Positions 25,014 through 37,500 of a stretch of DNA of 64,000 nucleotides are shown here, piece by piece (position 1 is the stretch's first letter; every line of letters begins with the position of its first letter). This stretch comes from Hypanus sabinus. Lineage: Eukaryota. Where the stretch lies: the NCBI RefSeq assembly GCF_030144855.1, contig NC_082710.1:153016001-153080000 (forward strand), written 5' to 3'. The notes beneath the pieces are model-generated. The model ran no database searches. It was not told the DNA's origin and saw only the letters and a program-made list of their open reading frames with translations. The position numbers were made by a program, and so were the translations under genes.

Positions 25014-28000
25014 TGTTACGTATCCCGCAACTGGATAACTTACCAGCAAAGATAGAGAGGTCTGTTGAATTCTGTTGTCACTATTTTCAAACGTTTTATT
25101 CGTAAAGGGACACAAAAATGGGGTTAATACATACATTCAGATAGGGCACATTGTCAACACTCAATCTAAAGCGCGGGTATATTAATAATCATCATTATTA
25201 AGTGAGCTCTGCTGATGTCTAGGGGTTAATAGATTGTCCGTTGGAAATATAAAAGTCACTCAGAAGGCTGTCGGCCTCAGCCCTTTGAAAATCGCTGGGT
25301 TTCATGTGGGGCGACCGAGAGAGAGAGATTGGGGGAGAAGAGAAAGAATTTGCCGAGTCTTGATGAATCTTCCGTGAAATCGGGGGAGCGTTGGTTTCCT
25401 CTCCCCGATGTTAGTTAAAAGCGGTTTCCTGTGATTCCAGCCACAGATTCCAATCTCGGAATCTAACGCACGTGGCTTCCTTCAGAATGGCTTCCCGCTG
25501 CTGTGGGACACTCTCGTGTCTTCTTGGTGCGTCCGAGGGGCTGTCCCCCTGAGACTCTCCTTTATACTTCCTCACGGGGTCGCAGGTGTCAATCAGGTTG
25601 GGATGATGCAATCTCTCTCTCAACCAGCCCACTTTGCCCGAGGGCTTTTCCCGTGGTCTCCATGACACAATAGTTGCTGGCATCTTATTCTGTATCCCTG
25701 GTGGGACGTGCAATTTTTCACGTCTCTCTCTCTCCCACTTCCTGGGTCTACTGACCCCCCCCCCCAACGGGTGCTCCTGCGATTCTCACAAAGGAGGGGG
25801 CTGGGATCATAACACCTCCCCCCTTAAAAGACGTTTTACCAGCCGTTAAAACGGAGTGGTCCACAGTCTTACAGGAGTTTTGGATCTAACACAATACACA
25901 AATTTTTCCTTTCACAAAATACTACCGTTATACGTTCAAGTCAGTATCTAAATAGTTAACGATTACAGTGTCCCTTTTTTTCATATCTTAACATTGCGAA
26001 CCGTACATCAGACTTCAATTCAATAACCACCTATTTAATTTTTTTTTCTAAGCAACAAAACTAAGGAGGTGTGACCTTAGCTTAGGTGCATTTACAAAAG
26101 TCTACGCGAATACTAATCGTTTCAGTCGTTTAACTTAACCGGCAGGTCTCCAAAGTCTGTCTTTAGTATTCACAGGCTTTGGCGCAAACCTGTTCAACCT
26201 GCCTGGCTGTCTGACAATGGCATCTCCATTAACCATCGCCCCTTTTCTGGCGAGCCCCCCCGTGGGGAACTTGAGTAGTTTTGCGTGGTGAACTCCCACC
26301 CACCCCGCTCATCGGGGTTATTTTAGCAACACCATGCCCCAGACTTAGACCATTTCCAGCCAACTCTTTGATTACCCAGGTGGCTGGCCCTTCTATCAGT
26401 CCCCTTCAGGCTATTGGTGTTTGATTCGAACTCTTCGCTCAAGTAGCCTGTCGAAGGCAGCCTTTTCACACCCCATCTTGGCATAACAAAAGAGTGGGGG
26501 GCCCCGCTATTCCCCGGCTCACTCTGTGAGCGATCTGCCAGGTTTAAGATTTCTTCCTTCGATCTGGAAACTACAGGCTTTTCGTTTCCTTCGCCAACAA
26601 TCCTCACCCCCCCATTCTTAAATTCTGCATTAACTTTGAACACTCCTTCGAGTATAGACGCCGGGGAGCTCACACTTTCCCCGGTTACCAAGGTTAACCC
26701 TTTTCCCACTGAACCGAGTCCATCTGACCCACAAGGACGGCCGCCCCGTTCCACTGGGTCAGATACCTCAGACTTCTTCTGAGCTCCGTTACCAGGTTCA
26801 GCACCTCGTGCATCCCCATCTCGGACACACTCAAACGGGACATTGGCCTCTTCCAGGCTTTCAACACCCGTACCTTTTTCAAATTCTAACTTCCCCCGAT
26901 CCTCCCAGTTACTCTCTGGGCGGCTCCCACCCGGGGAAGGCACAACCCTGTGAGCTGAAACAACCTCCTCGGCTTTTTCAGCAGACTCCTTCGAGGCAAG
27001 GGTATCCTTTCCATCTAGGACTGCCCTCCTCTCATTATCAGTAACACCTTTAGAACTCTCCAGTTCTTCAAACAATTCTGCCAAACCAGACAGATCATCC
27101 ATGTCCAACTCTGGACCTTTCAACAGCTTTATCTGTTTCTCATCTTTATCTCCTACCTTTAGGACCTTTCTCTTCGCTAAAGGCAGATCTATCTCCTCTC
27201 CCTTACCCCCTTTCACTTTACTACTCTTCGTCTTACCACCCTCGGAACCCTCGTGGCACAAGGTCAGCAAAGACATCTCGGCCAAATCAAAACTGGCCAG
27301 ATTTAAACTGCTCTCGTTCACAGCTCTCTCTCTCTCCGCCACTTCCAGCTCTTTTAACTTAAGTTCACGTTCCAACCTTAATCTCTCCACCTCTAACTGA
27401 ACCATCCCACTTGATGGTACCTTTTCAGGGATATCTTCCAATACCTCATCTTCAAACACATTCTTCCCAACGTAATACTGAGTTATGGCCCTTCGTACCT
27501 CCCGCTTTTTCATGGACGACCTCACTTCTGTGAGGTTCAACCCCTTCGCCAAATTTAACAAGTCTGATTTGGTGGCCGCCTCTAGCCGTCGGGTTTTCCA
27601 TAAATTCACCCACGTCCATCTTAGCTGGTTTCCCGTCTGGCTACCCGTGTAACCAGATTCAAGTTTTTGATTTACAAGCCCGATTCACTGGCCTCCCAAT
27701 TTGGTGTCAAATCACGGACGAGCAACCCAATTGTTAGGTATCCCGTAACTGGATAACTTACCAGCAAAGATAGAGAGGTCTGTTGAATTCTGTTGTCACT
27801 ATTTTCAAACGTTTTATTCGTAAAGGGACACAAAAATGGGGTTAATACATACATTCAGATAGGGCACATTGTCAACACTCAATCTAAAGCGCGGGTATAT
27901 TAATAATCATCATTAAGAAGTGAGCTCTGCTGATGTCTAGTGGTTAACAGATTGCCGTTGGAAATATAAAAGTCACTCAAAGTCTGCCGGCCTCAGCCCT

Positions 28001-28527
28001 TTGAAAATCGCTGGGTTTCACGTGGGGCGACCGAGAGAGAGAGATTAAGGGAGAAGAGAAAGAACTTGCCGAGTTTTGATGAATCTTCCGTGAAATCGGG
28101 GGAGCATTGGTTTCCTCTCCCCGATGTTAGTTAAAAGCGGTTTCCTGCGATTCCAGCCACAGATTCCAATCTCGGAATCTAACGCACGTGGCTTCCTTCA
28201 GAATGGCTTCCCGCTGCTGTGGGATCACTCTCGTGTCTTCTTGGTGCGTCCGAGGGGCTGTCCCCCTGAGACTCTCCTTTATACTTCTTCACCGGGTCAC
28301 AGGTGTCAATCTCTCTCTCAACCAGCCCACCTTGCCCGAGGGCTTTTCCCGTGGTCTCCATGAGACAATAGTTGCTGGCATCTTATTCTGTATCCCTGGT
28401 GGGACGTGCAATTTTTCACGTTTCTCTCTCTCTCTCACTTCCTGGGTCTACTGACCCCCACCCCACCCCACCCCCCTCAACGGGTGCTCTTGCGATTCTC
28501 ACAAAGGAGGGGGCTGGGATCATAACA
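25014..28527 (-). mobile_element. Non-autonomous Gypsy-type LTR element (no pol) nested in the CR1 RT region
   Basis: LTRs at 25014-25814 and 27732-28527 (TGTTA...TAACA); 4-bp TSD GTGT; degenerate tRNA-Pro PBS tgggttgctcgtccgtgat; PPT aaggggggagg; 1.9-kb interior. Confidence 0.95.
26323..27609 (-). CDS. 428-aa gag-derived ORF of the non-autonomous LTR element
   Basis: N-terminus AATKSDLLNLAKGLNL...MKKREVRRAITQYY plus an ERLRLERELKLKELE coiled coil, typical of vertebrate Gypsy gag; remainder E/G/S/K-rich; no CCHC, protease, RT or integrase motifs. Confidence 0.7.
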   Translation of the reverse strand: MNLWKTRRLEAATKSDLLNLAKGLNLTEVRSSMKKREVRRAITQYYVGKNVFEDEVLEDIPEKVPSSGMVQLEVERLRLERELKLKELEVAERERAVNESSLNLASFDLAEMSLLTLCHEGSEGGKTKSSKVKGGKGEEIDLPLAKRKVLKVGDKDEKQIKLLKGPELDMDDLSGLAELFEELESSKGVTDNERRAVLDGKDTLASKESAEKAEEVVSAHRVVPSPGGSRPESNWEDRGKLEFEKGTGVESLEEANVPFECVRDGDARGAEPGNGAQKKSEVSDPVERGGRPCGSDGLGSVGKGLTLVTGESVSSPASILEGVFKVNAEFKNGGVRIVGEGNEKPVVSRSKEEILNLADRSQSEPGNSGAPHSFVMPRWGVKRLPSTGYLSEEFESNTNSLKGTDRRASHLGNQRVGWKWSKSGAWCC

Positions 28528-31500
28528 GTGTCATCAGCAAACTTTGATACGTTGCACTTAGTCCCTTTCTCCAAATCATTAATATAGATTGTAAAGAGTT
28601 GGGGTCCCAACACTGACCCCTGTGGAACACCACTAGTCACCAACTGCCAATCTGAGAATAAACCATTTATCCCAACTCTCTGTTTTCTGTTAGAAAGCCA
28701 ATCCTCCACCCATGCCAGAATATTATCCCCAATCCCATGATTTTTTACTTTAAGTAATATTCTTTAGTGTGGCACCTTGTCAAATACACCACATCCACTG
28801 GTTCCCCTTTATCTACCCTATATGTTATGTCCTCAAAGAACTCCAACAAATTTGTCAAACATGACTTCCCTTTTGTAAAGCCATGCTGACTTTGTCCTAT
28901 TAAGCTATGTTTATCCAAATGCTCTATTACTGTTTCCTCAATTATCAATTCCAACATTTTGCCAACCACAGATGTTAGGCTAACTGGCCTATAATTCCCA
29001 GCCTTCTGTCTATTGCCCTTTTTAAATAAAGGGGTTACATTAGCATTTTTCCAATCTGCCGGGACCATTGCCGAGTCCAGCGAGTTTGGAAAAATTATCA
29101 CTAATGCATCCACAATCCCGACCGCCACTTCCCTTAAGACCCTAGGACGCAAGCCATCCGGTCCAGGGGATTTATTCACCTTCAGTCCCATTAATTTATC
29201 AAGTACCATTTCCTTGGTGATTTGAATCATAGTTAGCTTCTCTCCCCCTAGAGCCCCCTGTTTATCCAGTGTTGGGATGTTTTGAGTGTCCTCTACTGTA
29301 AAAACTGATACAAAATATTTGTTCAGCGTTTCCGCCACCTCCATGTCCCCTACCATTAATTTCCCGGTCTCATCTTCTAGGGGACCAACATTTACTTTAG
29401 CCACCCTTTTTGTTTTATGTAACTATAAAAACTCTTACTACCTGCTTTTATGTTTTTTGCCAATTTACTTTCATAATCTATCTTCCCCTTCTTAATCAAT
29501 CTTTTTGTTATTTGCTGCTGATCTTTAAAAGCTTCTCGATCTTCAATCTTCCCACTAGATTTAGCTACCTTATGTAACTTTCTTTTTAGTCGTATACTTT
29601 GCTTTATTTCTTTACTTAGCCACAGATAACTATTTTTTCTTTTACACCCATTTTTCTTCAGTGGAATATATTTTTCTTGATAGGTATAAAGTAACTCCTT
29701 AAATATACACCACTGATAAAGTACCGATCTACCCTTTAATCTATTTTCCCAATCCATCTTAAGCAATTCCGCTCTCATACCATCATATTCTCTTTTATTT
29801 AAGCTCAGTACGCTTGTTTGAGATCCAACCCTCTCATCCTCTAATTGAATATGGAATTCAACCATATTATGGTCACTCATTCCAAGGGGATCCTTTACTA
29901 GGACATTTTTTATTAGTCCTGTCTTATTACACAGGACCAGATCTAAGACTGCTTGCCCCCTTGTCGGCTCAGTAATGTATTGTTCAAGGAACCCATCCCG
30001 AATACACTCAATAAACTTTTCTTCAAGGCTGCCGTGTCCGACTTGATTAGTCCAGTCAATATGAAAGATAAAATCCCCCAGAATTATAGCTGTTCTCTTA
30101 TTACAAGCCCCAACTATTTCCTGATTTATGCTCCAACCAACTGTTACAGCTGTTTGGAGGCCTATAGACTACTCCCACCACTGCTTTTTTCCCTTTACTA
30201 TTTCTTATTTCTACCCAAATTATTTCGTTATCCTGATCCTTTGAGCCAATATCATTTCGCTTTATTGCAGTGATTTCTTGCTTTATTAACATAGCCAACC
30301 CACCTCCTTTTCCTTCTTGCCTGTCTCTCCTAATTGTCGAATACCCTTGTATGTTTAATTTCCAGTCCTGGTCACCCTGCAGCCATGTTTCCGTAATTGC
30401 CACAATATCATAGCCATACATAATTACTTGTACCATCAACTCATCAATTTTATTCCTAATACTACGTGCATTCAAATAAAGGACTTTCAAATATGTTTGA
30501 CACTTATTTCCTACCTTTTCCTTTTGTACAAACTTTACGCTTATCTCCGTACATTCTTTCCCCTCCTGACACACTCTGTCTTTTTATTCCTCCACTTTTA
30601 CCTACATCCATTATCTTCTCCATTGTCTTCTTAATTATTTGCTCTCTAGAATCCTCCCCCCCCCCCACTAGTTAGTTTAAAGACCTCTCTGCAGCCCTAG
30701 ATATATGATTCGCCAGGACACTAACCCCAGCCCGGTTCAGGTGAAGACCATCCCTCCGGAACAGTTCTTTCCTGTCCCAGTACTGGTGCCAGTGTCCCAA
30801 GAAGCAAAACCCACTTCTCCCACACCAGTCTTTGAGCCACGCGTTTAACTCCCTAATTTTATTTAACCTAGCCAAATTTGCTCGTGGCTCAGGTAATAAT
30901 CCAGAGATTATTACCCTTGAGGTTCTGTTTTTTAATTTGACCCCTAGCTGCTCATATTCCTGTAATAGAATCTTCTTCCTTGTCCTATCTATGTTATTAA
31001 TACCGACGTGTACTAAGACAACTGGATCCTCCCCCTCCCACTGCAAGTTTCTCTCCTGCCCAGAAGAGATGTCCTTAACCCTGGCACCAGGCAGGCAACA
31101 TAGCCTTCGGGACTCTCGCTCTCAGTTGCAGAGAACCCTATCTATCTCCCTGACGATACTGTCCCCTATTTCTACAACATTTCTATTGACTCCCCCCTCT
31201 GGAATGGCCCCACACTCCACGGTGCTATGGGCAGGTTGCTCATCCTCCCCACAGTCCCCGCTCCTGCCCTCATAGGGAGTTAAAGCCTCGAATCTGTTGG
31301 ACAAGAGCAAGGCCTGCATCTCCTCCAGTCCTACCTCCTGGATTCCCCTACTTGCCTCACTCATAGCCACACCATCCTGTGCTTGACTGCAATCTACATT
31401 AGTTAATCAATTAGGTGTGGCTATCTCCTGGTACACAGAGTCCAGGTAACTCTCCCCCTCCCTGATGTGTCGCAGTGTCTGAAGCTCAGACTGCAGCTCA

Positions 31501-34500
31501 TCAATATGAAGCTCGAGTTCCTCAAGCAACAAACACTTGCTGTAAATGTAGTCGCTGTGCCCCTCAATGGGGTCTACCGGTTCCCACATCTCGCAGCAGT
31601 AACACATCACCTCCTCCATGCTATATAGTTAATTTAATGTACTAGTATTAGTTATGCAAGAACCCTTTGCCCCAATACAGCTAACTATCACACTATTTAA
31701 CAATACTTTTAAAGTTATAAGTGTAAAAGGAAGCAGGACTACTTACCAAGCAACTGGCGGTGAGAGCTCTGCAGCTCCAGTCTTCCTCGCCTCATCCGGT
31801 TCCACCGAAGCCCGTTGAGCCAAAGCCCTCACGCCTCCACTCTACTCCTGGCTCACTCCACTGCCCGCAATGATGCTGACCGCTGTATCGGGCTGTGTAT
31901 CACCCTCAACCTACTTTAACACCGGTCCCCATATCCCTTTTTTTCATATTTCTCCCTCTGACCTTCCAGTCCTACCACTTTTTCCTCTTTCCAATACCCA
32001 TCCCTAGCTTCTCACTCGCTTCTATCACCACCCCTCCTTTACCCATATATCGGCCATCTTACCTCCCTCCATCAGATTTCTCATGTACTCACATTGTTCA
32101 GTGTCCATTGTACTCACATTCCATCTGTTTTTCTTTCCTCGTTCCTCTCTCTCTTTGTCATCCTCCATCTATCAATTACCTGCCACTGTCTCCGAACTGC
32201 AACTCCGCTCACCTTCCCTACCTGCCTATCATCTCATACCGTTCCTCCGTCCACCAGTTCCCTCGGGGTCCCTTTTCCAATGACAAATTTCTTAACTGAA
32301 ACTGTTCTTCTTTTCCCAATGCATCACTTCACGCTTATACCCATAACACTACTGAGATATAGAGACAAGCCTGTCATGGTTTAGAGGCTTATGTGCCTCT
32401 ACCGTCTGGAGGTCTATGTTGTCTGGACTCAGGGATTTATGTTTTGGTTCTTGGTAGGGTCACCATGCCAAATAGGTCAAAGGGTAGAGGACAGACAAAG
32501 GGTGGTCCCCCGGTCCTCCAGGTTCGGGGTTTGACTCTGGGCTAATACCCCTGAGTGGTAACACAAAATTGTTATGGAAACAGCAATTAAGAATCCTTCT
32601 GCTTCTGAGTGCGATGGTCCTCCCAGGACTTCAATGACTGACAGTAGTGAAAACCGAGTAGAAGCTACTGTCATGATGAAGGGAGCCTTGAATACCGCCA
32701 GCAATGGAGAACCTTCATTGCTGCCCTAAATGCAAGCAGTGTAACAGGCAGTAAGTATTCTCCTAAAGCCCCTCAGGTTTTCACAGTCATCCATGGATTA
32801 GGGGGAACTTACAACAATCAGTGAAATCAAACAGGGAACATATTTGGGGCAGAGCAGGAAATTGGACCATCCAGGGGTTGCAGACTTTTCAATGGAGACA
32901 CAATGAGGAGAGAGGAAGTGGAAGGGTCTCACAAGGTGCCTCTGCAAAGAATTCAGACTTGCATGTTTTTCCTATAACTCCTAGGTGTCCTGATTTCCTC
33001 CCTCAAATCAGTGATGTATAGGTTGGTGCATTAACTGGCAACTGTGACTTGCCCCTAGTGTGTGAGTGAGGGGTACAATCTGGAGTTGAGGGAGAAGATG
33101 ATAAGAATCTGGAGTGAATAAAATAACAACTTGCAGCAGCTAATTTACCTCCTGATCTGCCATGTCTTTGGAATGAGAGAGGAGCACCCAGCAGATACCC
33201 ATGGAGTCACAAGAGAAACATGCAAACTGCACACGGATATCACCCAAAATCAGAATTGAACCTGTGCCTACCATTAAGCTGCAGGACTACCAGCTGCACC
33301 ACTCTGCTGGTAGTGCCTTAACAGAAGAATAACACACGGAAGCCCAATGATCCATAAGTCTGATGCCCCCCCTCCTACACCAAATCCTTAGCCACAACTG
33401 TATAATCTTCCTATTTCTAGCCCCACTGGCAGGTGTTATATAGCAATCGTGAGATCACAAGTTTGGAAGTCCTGCCCTTTAACTTAGCACCTAACTCCCT
33501 GAACTCCTTTCTATTTCTCTGACTAACAAATCCACTATCACCACAGCTCACATCATCTCCCCCATTCTCTTATGAATCACAGAGCCAGAGTAAGTTCCAG
33601 AGACATGACAGCTGTGACTTTCCTCACCCTAGTCATTCCCCCACCCCCTCCAAAATATGCAAATTGGTATTCCAGTTGTTGATGGAGATGGCCACAGGAG
33701 TATTCTGCACTGGCTGTTTAATCCCATTCCCTTCCTGACTGTCATCTAGTTTCCTGTGTACTGTGCCTTTGGTGCAACTACCTCTCTGTATTTTCTATCT
33801 ATCACCCCCTCAGCTTTCCAAATGATCTGGAGTTCATCCAGTTCCAGTCACAGTTCGTTAACATGGATTGTTAGAAGCTGCAGCTAGATGCACTTCTCAT
33901 AGGTGTATTCATTAGGGATACTGGAGGTCTCCATGCAAGAAGAGCATTCCACTATCCTGCCTGTCCTCCCTACTGTTTTAAATGTAAAGAAGGAAAGAAC
34001 AATAAATTGTTGAGAAAAGTATCTACCTACAGCTCACTGAAACTTCGAAGCTAAAACCTCAAAATCTCCACCATAACGATCCACTCAAACGATGGCTGCT
34101 CCACTTGCCCCTGCCTTCATTTAGTTTGTTCTTGCAAATCAATGCTGATCGCTGATTGGCCATTGCCCAAAACACCAAACCGCCACATGTCAATGCATTA
34201 TATACTCAATTGGCAAACTTAAGAGAGCTACATCTTCTTAGACTTTATAACTCTGCTGGAAATATTCAAGATTGCTCCGTACCTGTGGAGAAAGAAAAGA
34301 TGTTTAGTTTCAGTAGAGCTGAAATAGGAGAGAAAAGTTAGGGTTAGAAGGATAAAGCATAGTAGGGACAGTGCTACTGATCCATGAATCTCACACTGAC
34401 AATTGGTTAAAAAGCTTGATGGATCTTCTGTGCGCTGATCTCCAGTGGCAAAGAAAATGAGAGGGGGAAGATTCGGGCAAAGAGTGAAAAACAAGAGAAT

Positions 34501-37500
34501 ATTGAGAGAGTGAAGATGAATAGAGAGGATATAAGACCATAGATACAGAAACAGAATTTGTCTATTTTGTCCTTCTGTTCTGCTCCATCATCAAATCATG
34601 GCTGATTATTTTTGAACTCTTCTTCTACACAAAACCCTTCACCCCTTTACGAATTGAGAATCTATCAATCTGTGTCTTAAATCCCCGAACAACTTTGCTT
34701 TCACCGCCCTTAGTGGAAACAAATTCCACAGATTCAGGCTGAAAAAATTCCTCTTCATTCCAGTATTAAAAAGAAGTCCCTTTATTCAGAAGTGTGCCCT
34801 CAGATCCTAGACTCTCCTGCTGATAAGAGTATCCTTCCCATGTTCACTCAATCCAGACCTTTCATTGTCCAGCAGATTTCAATGAGATACCCCGCCCTCC
34901 ACCCATCCTTCTGAATTTCCTTACAAGCCAATAGAGATCAAGCACTCCTCATATATTGAGGAGAGAAGGAAGAATATGAGGGATCAGGAAGAAAAGGCAA
35001 GAGCAGCTGGTCAGGATTGGCTTGGAACTCAGGTAATGTATTCTTTGAGTACTGAGGAATGTCTAATCTGAGACTGTAGTGTGGTTAAACGGGGTAGTAG
35101 GGTGACACCCTCAGATACGGGGAGAGTACTACACTGTCAGTGGGGCCATGCACTGTGGAGGGGCAGGCAAAAGATGTGGGGTACTGAAGGAGGAGCATTG
35201 CACAGTCAGTGGAGCGGATACCATCTGTCATCAGGGAGAGGTGCTTTGTTAGCTCTGGGTAATGATAATGAAGAAATGGCACTCCATCAGCAGACAGTTG
35301 CAACGCATTGGCAAGGTGTAGTTCAGAGGAACACTGTTTGTGTTTTTCAAAATTAGAAAAGTAAGTTCATTATATACTACAAGTACCACATTAAACAAGG
35401 AAGGTAGGGAATAGCCCCTTCAAATATGTAAAGAGGGGCTGCATCCTCATACACACCTTATACTTGTGATACATGGTCTCTTACAGCCCACAGAAGTGAC
35501 AAGCAGCTCGGAAACCTATTACAGAGCTCTCCGTGTCAACATTGGGATATTGCTTTGTGCTCATGTTTCCTCCCTGGGGATGGAAAACATCCTGGTCTGC
35601 AGGATGTTGATAGTGGTGGAAGGTAGTGCTTTTGTTCTGGAGGAAGAGGATGTGCACACATAGTGAATTGCTGGACTGGTGCCACTGAACTGCTTCCTCT
35701 TCCTCAAGAAAGAAATGAAATCAAGGTTCCCCAAAAAATAGGGAAATCTCAGATTGTGCTAACTTCACGTGTATTTTCTCAGAGCACAGGGTAGTAGAGG
35801 CCTCTAGGTAAGGACATTCAAAACATGGTTCAGCACCTAATTTTGTGCAGCAACAAATACTCCAGGGATATGGGTATGGAGGGAAATGGACAGTTGACAT
35901 TTCAAGTCAAGGTCCTTCACCTGGATTTGATCCAAAATGTTGACTCTCCATTTCCTTCCACAGATGCTACTTAACACTCTGAGCTCCCCAAGGAGTGGCT
36001 CCAGTTTCCAGCGTCTGCAGTCTCTTCTCTTCCCCTAGGTAGAACTTCTCTTCACTGTAAAGTTTCTCTGGTGCATGTAGTAGAATCTGGGGGCAGTTGA
36101 GAAGTGCGAAGGAGAGTAAAATGGGATTATAGTGTATGGAGATGGATACCCAGCACAGGCTATGTAGGCTGAAGGAAGTGTTTCCGTAGCCTGGTGCAAG
36201 GGAAAGATCCCCATATTTAGAAGGGTCTTTCTTCACCTGATGAATTTAAGAGTTCCTGCTCTGGCCCTTTGCCTTTTTCTGACTGAAACACAGGCTGTGA
36301 TGGAGGGGAAAGTGCAGGCTGGAGACTGACCTGACTGTGATGACTACCTCTACAGGCATATGGGGTCCCAAAGGTTTGGGAAAATTGCTGTCCAGCTTCA
36401 GGTGACTAACAAAATGTACTCTCACCTCACTGCATGAATGCTTGAAGCAGACATGGCATCTCTGTGTTATCCAGTGCTACCTCCCTGTGTTTGCGAAGTA
36501 CCTAGGGGAGAGTTATTGGGGGAATATGCATGATCCCAGCCCTGAATATGGTCCAGAGAGGGTCTGGGTTCAGCAAGTGCTTCAGTCCCACAGGTTGTTC
36601 TGAAACTTGAGGTAAGATCATCAAGTGCTACAAGTAATTTTTTTTTATTATCCATGTGATTTCTGCATTTGATGATCTTTTCAGACATACAGCTCCTCTA
36701 AGCCTTTAACCCTTTCACTATCGTGGGATGTCCAGGAATGTTTTGCTGTCCATTTGTCCTGCTACAGTGTAGCCAAGTTGTGAAGTAGGAATGGGGATAT
36801 TCTATCTGTGGACAGCAGGATCCCACCCAGAGCAATTAAATATTTACCAGATGCTTCTTAGCTGTGGGCTGAGGGGAACATTGGCCTGAATGTGGCTACA
36901 GCTCTCCTGCTCTTTAAAACATACTGTGGGATTTTCTACACCTGAGGTGCAAAGGAGGATTTGTCTAATGTCTTAACTGAAAGACAGCACCTTTGACAGT
37001 GCGGAAAACCGTCTGAACTGCTCTCTGATCGTGTAAAGTTCCCCCAATACCAAGACTCTGACAAGCCACCTGTACTCTCTATGGGGGATGGGAGGTGACT
37101 TAGTAATGGTGTATGAGAGGCATCAATAGAGTGAAATCCCAGCAACCTTTTCCCAAGGTGGCAATGGCCAATACCAGGAGACATCATTTAAGGTGAATGG
37201 AGGGAAGTTTATGGAAGATGTCAGAAGTAGATTTTCTGAGACAGTGAATGGCGGGTGTCTGGAATGCATTGCTGGGGGTGGTAGTAGATGCTAATACAAT
37301 GGGGATATTTAGAAGTCTTTTAGATAGGCATATAGATGTAACAAAAATAGATGGTTTGATGCAGTACTAGGAGGAAAGATTAAGACTATACATTTTTATT
37401 GGTCAAAACAACATCGTGGGCCAAAGGGACCATACTGTGCTGTACTGTTCCATGAAACGCAAGTGTAGAAATATTGCTGAACTGCTCTCTGATCATGTAG

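Larger units (their letters stand above)
23863..31900 (-). mobile_element. Full-length CR1 LINE (about 4.5 kb net), interrupted by a nested LTR element
   Basis: ORF1 zinc finger (CYCCEMWE...YSKC) and SGNH esterase (EIGDSIVR, VHVGINN, DGLHL); ORF2 APE (LYLNARSIRNK, ITETWL, YRPP) and RT ([25 protein letters not shown]); (TTCTTATG)n-type 3' tail at 23863-23883. The empty site gaatatttcaccctc is at about 9695-9710 in copy 1. Confidence 0.96.
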
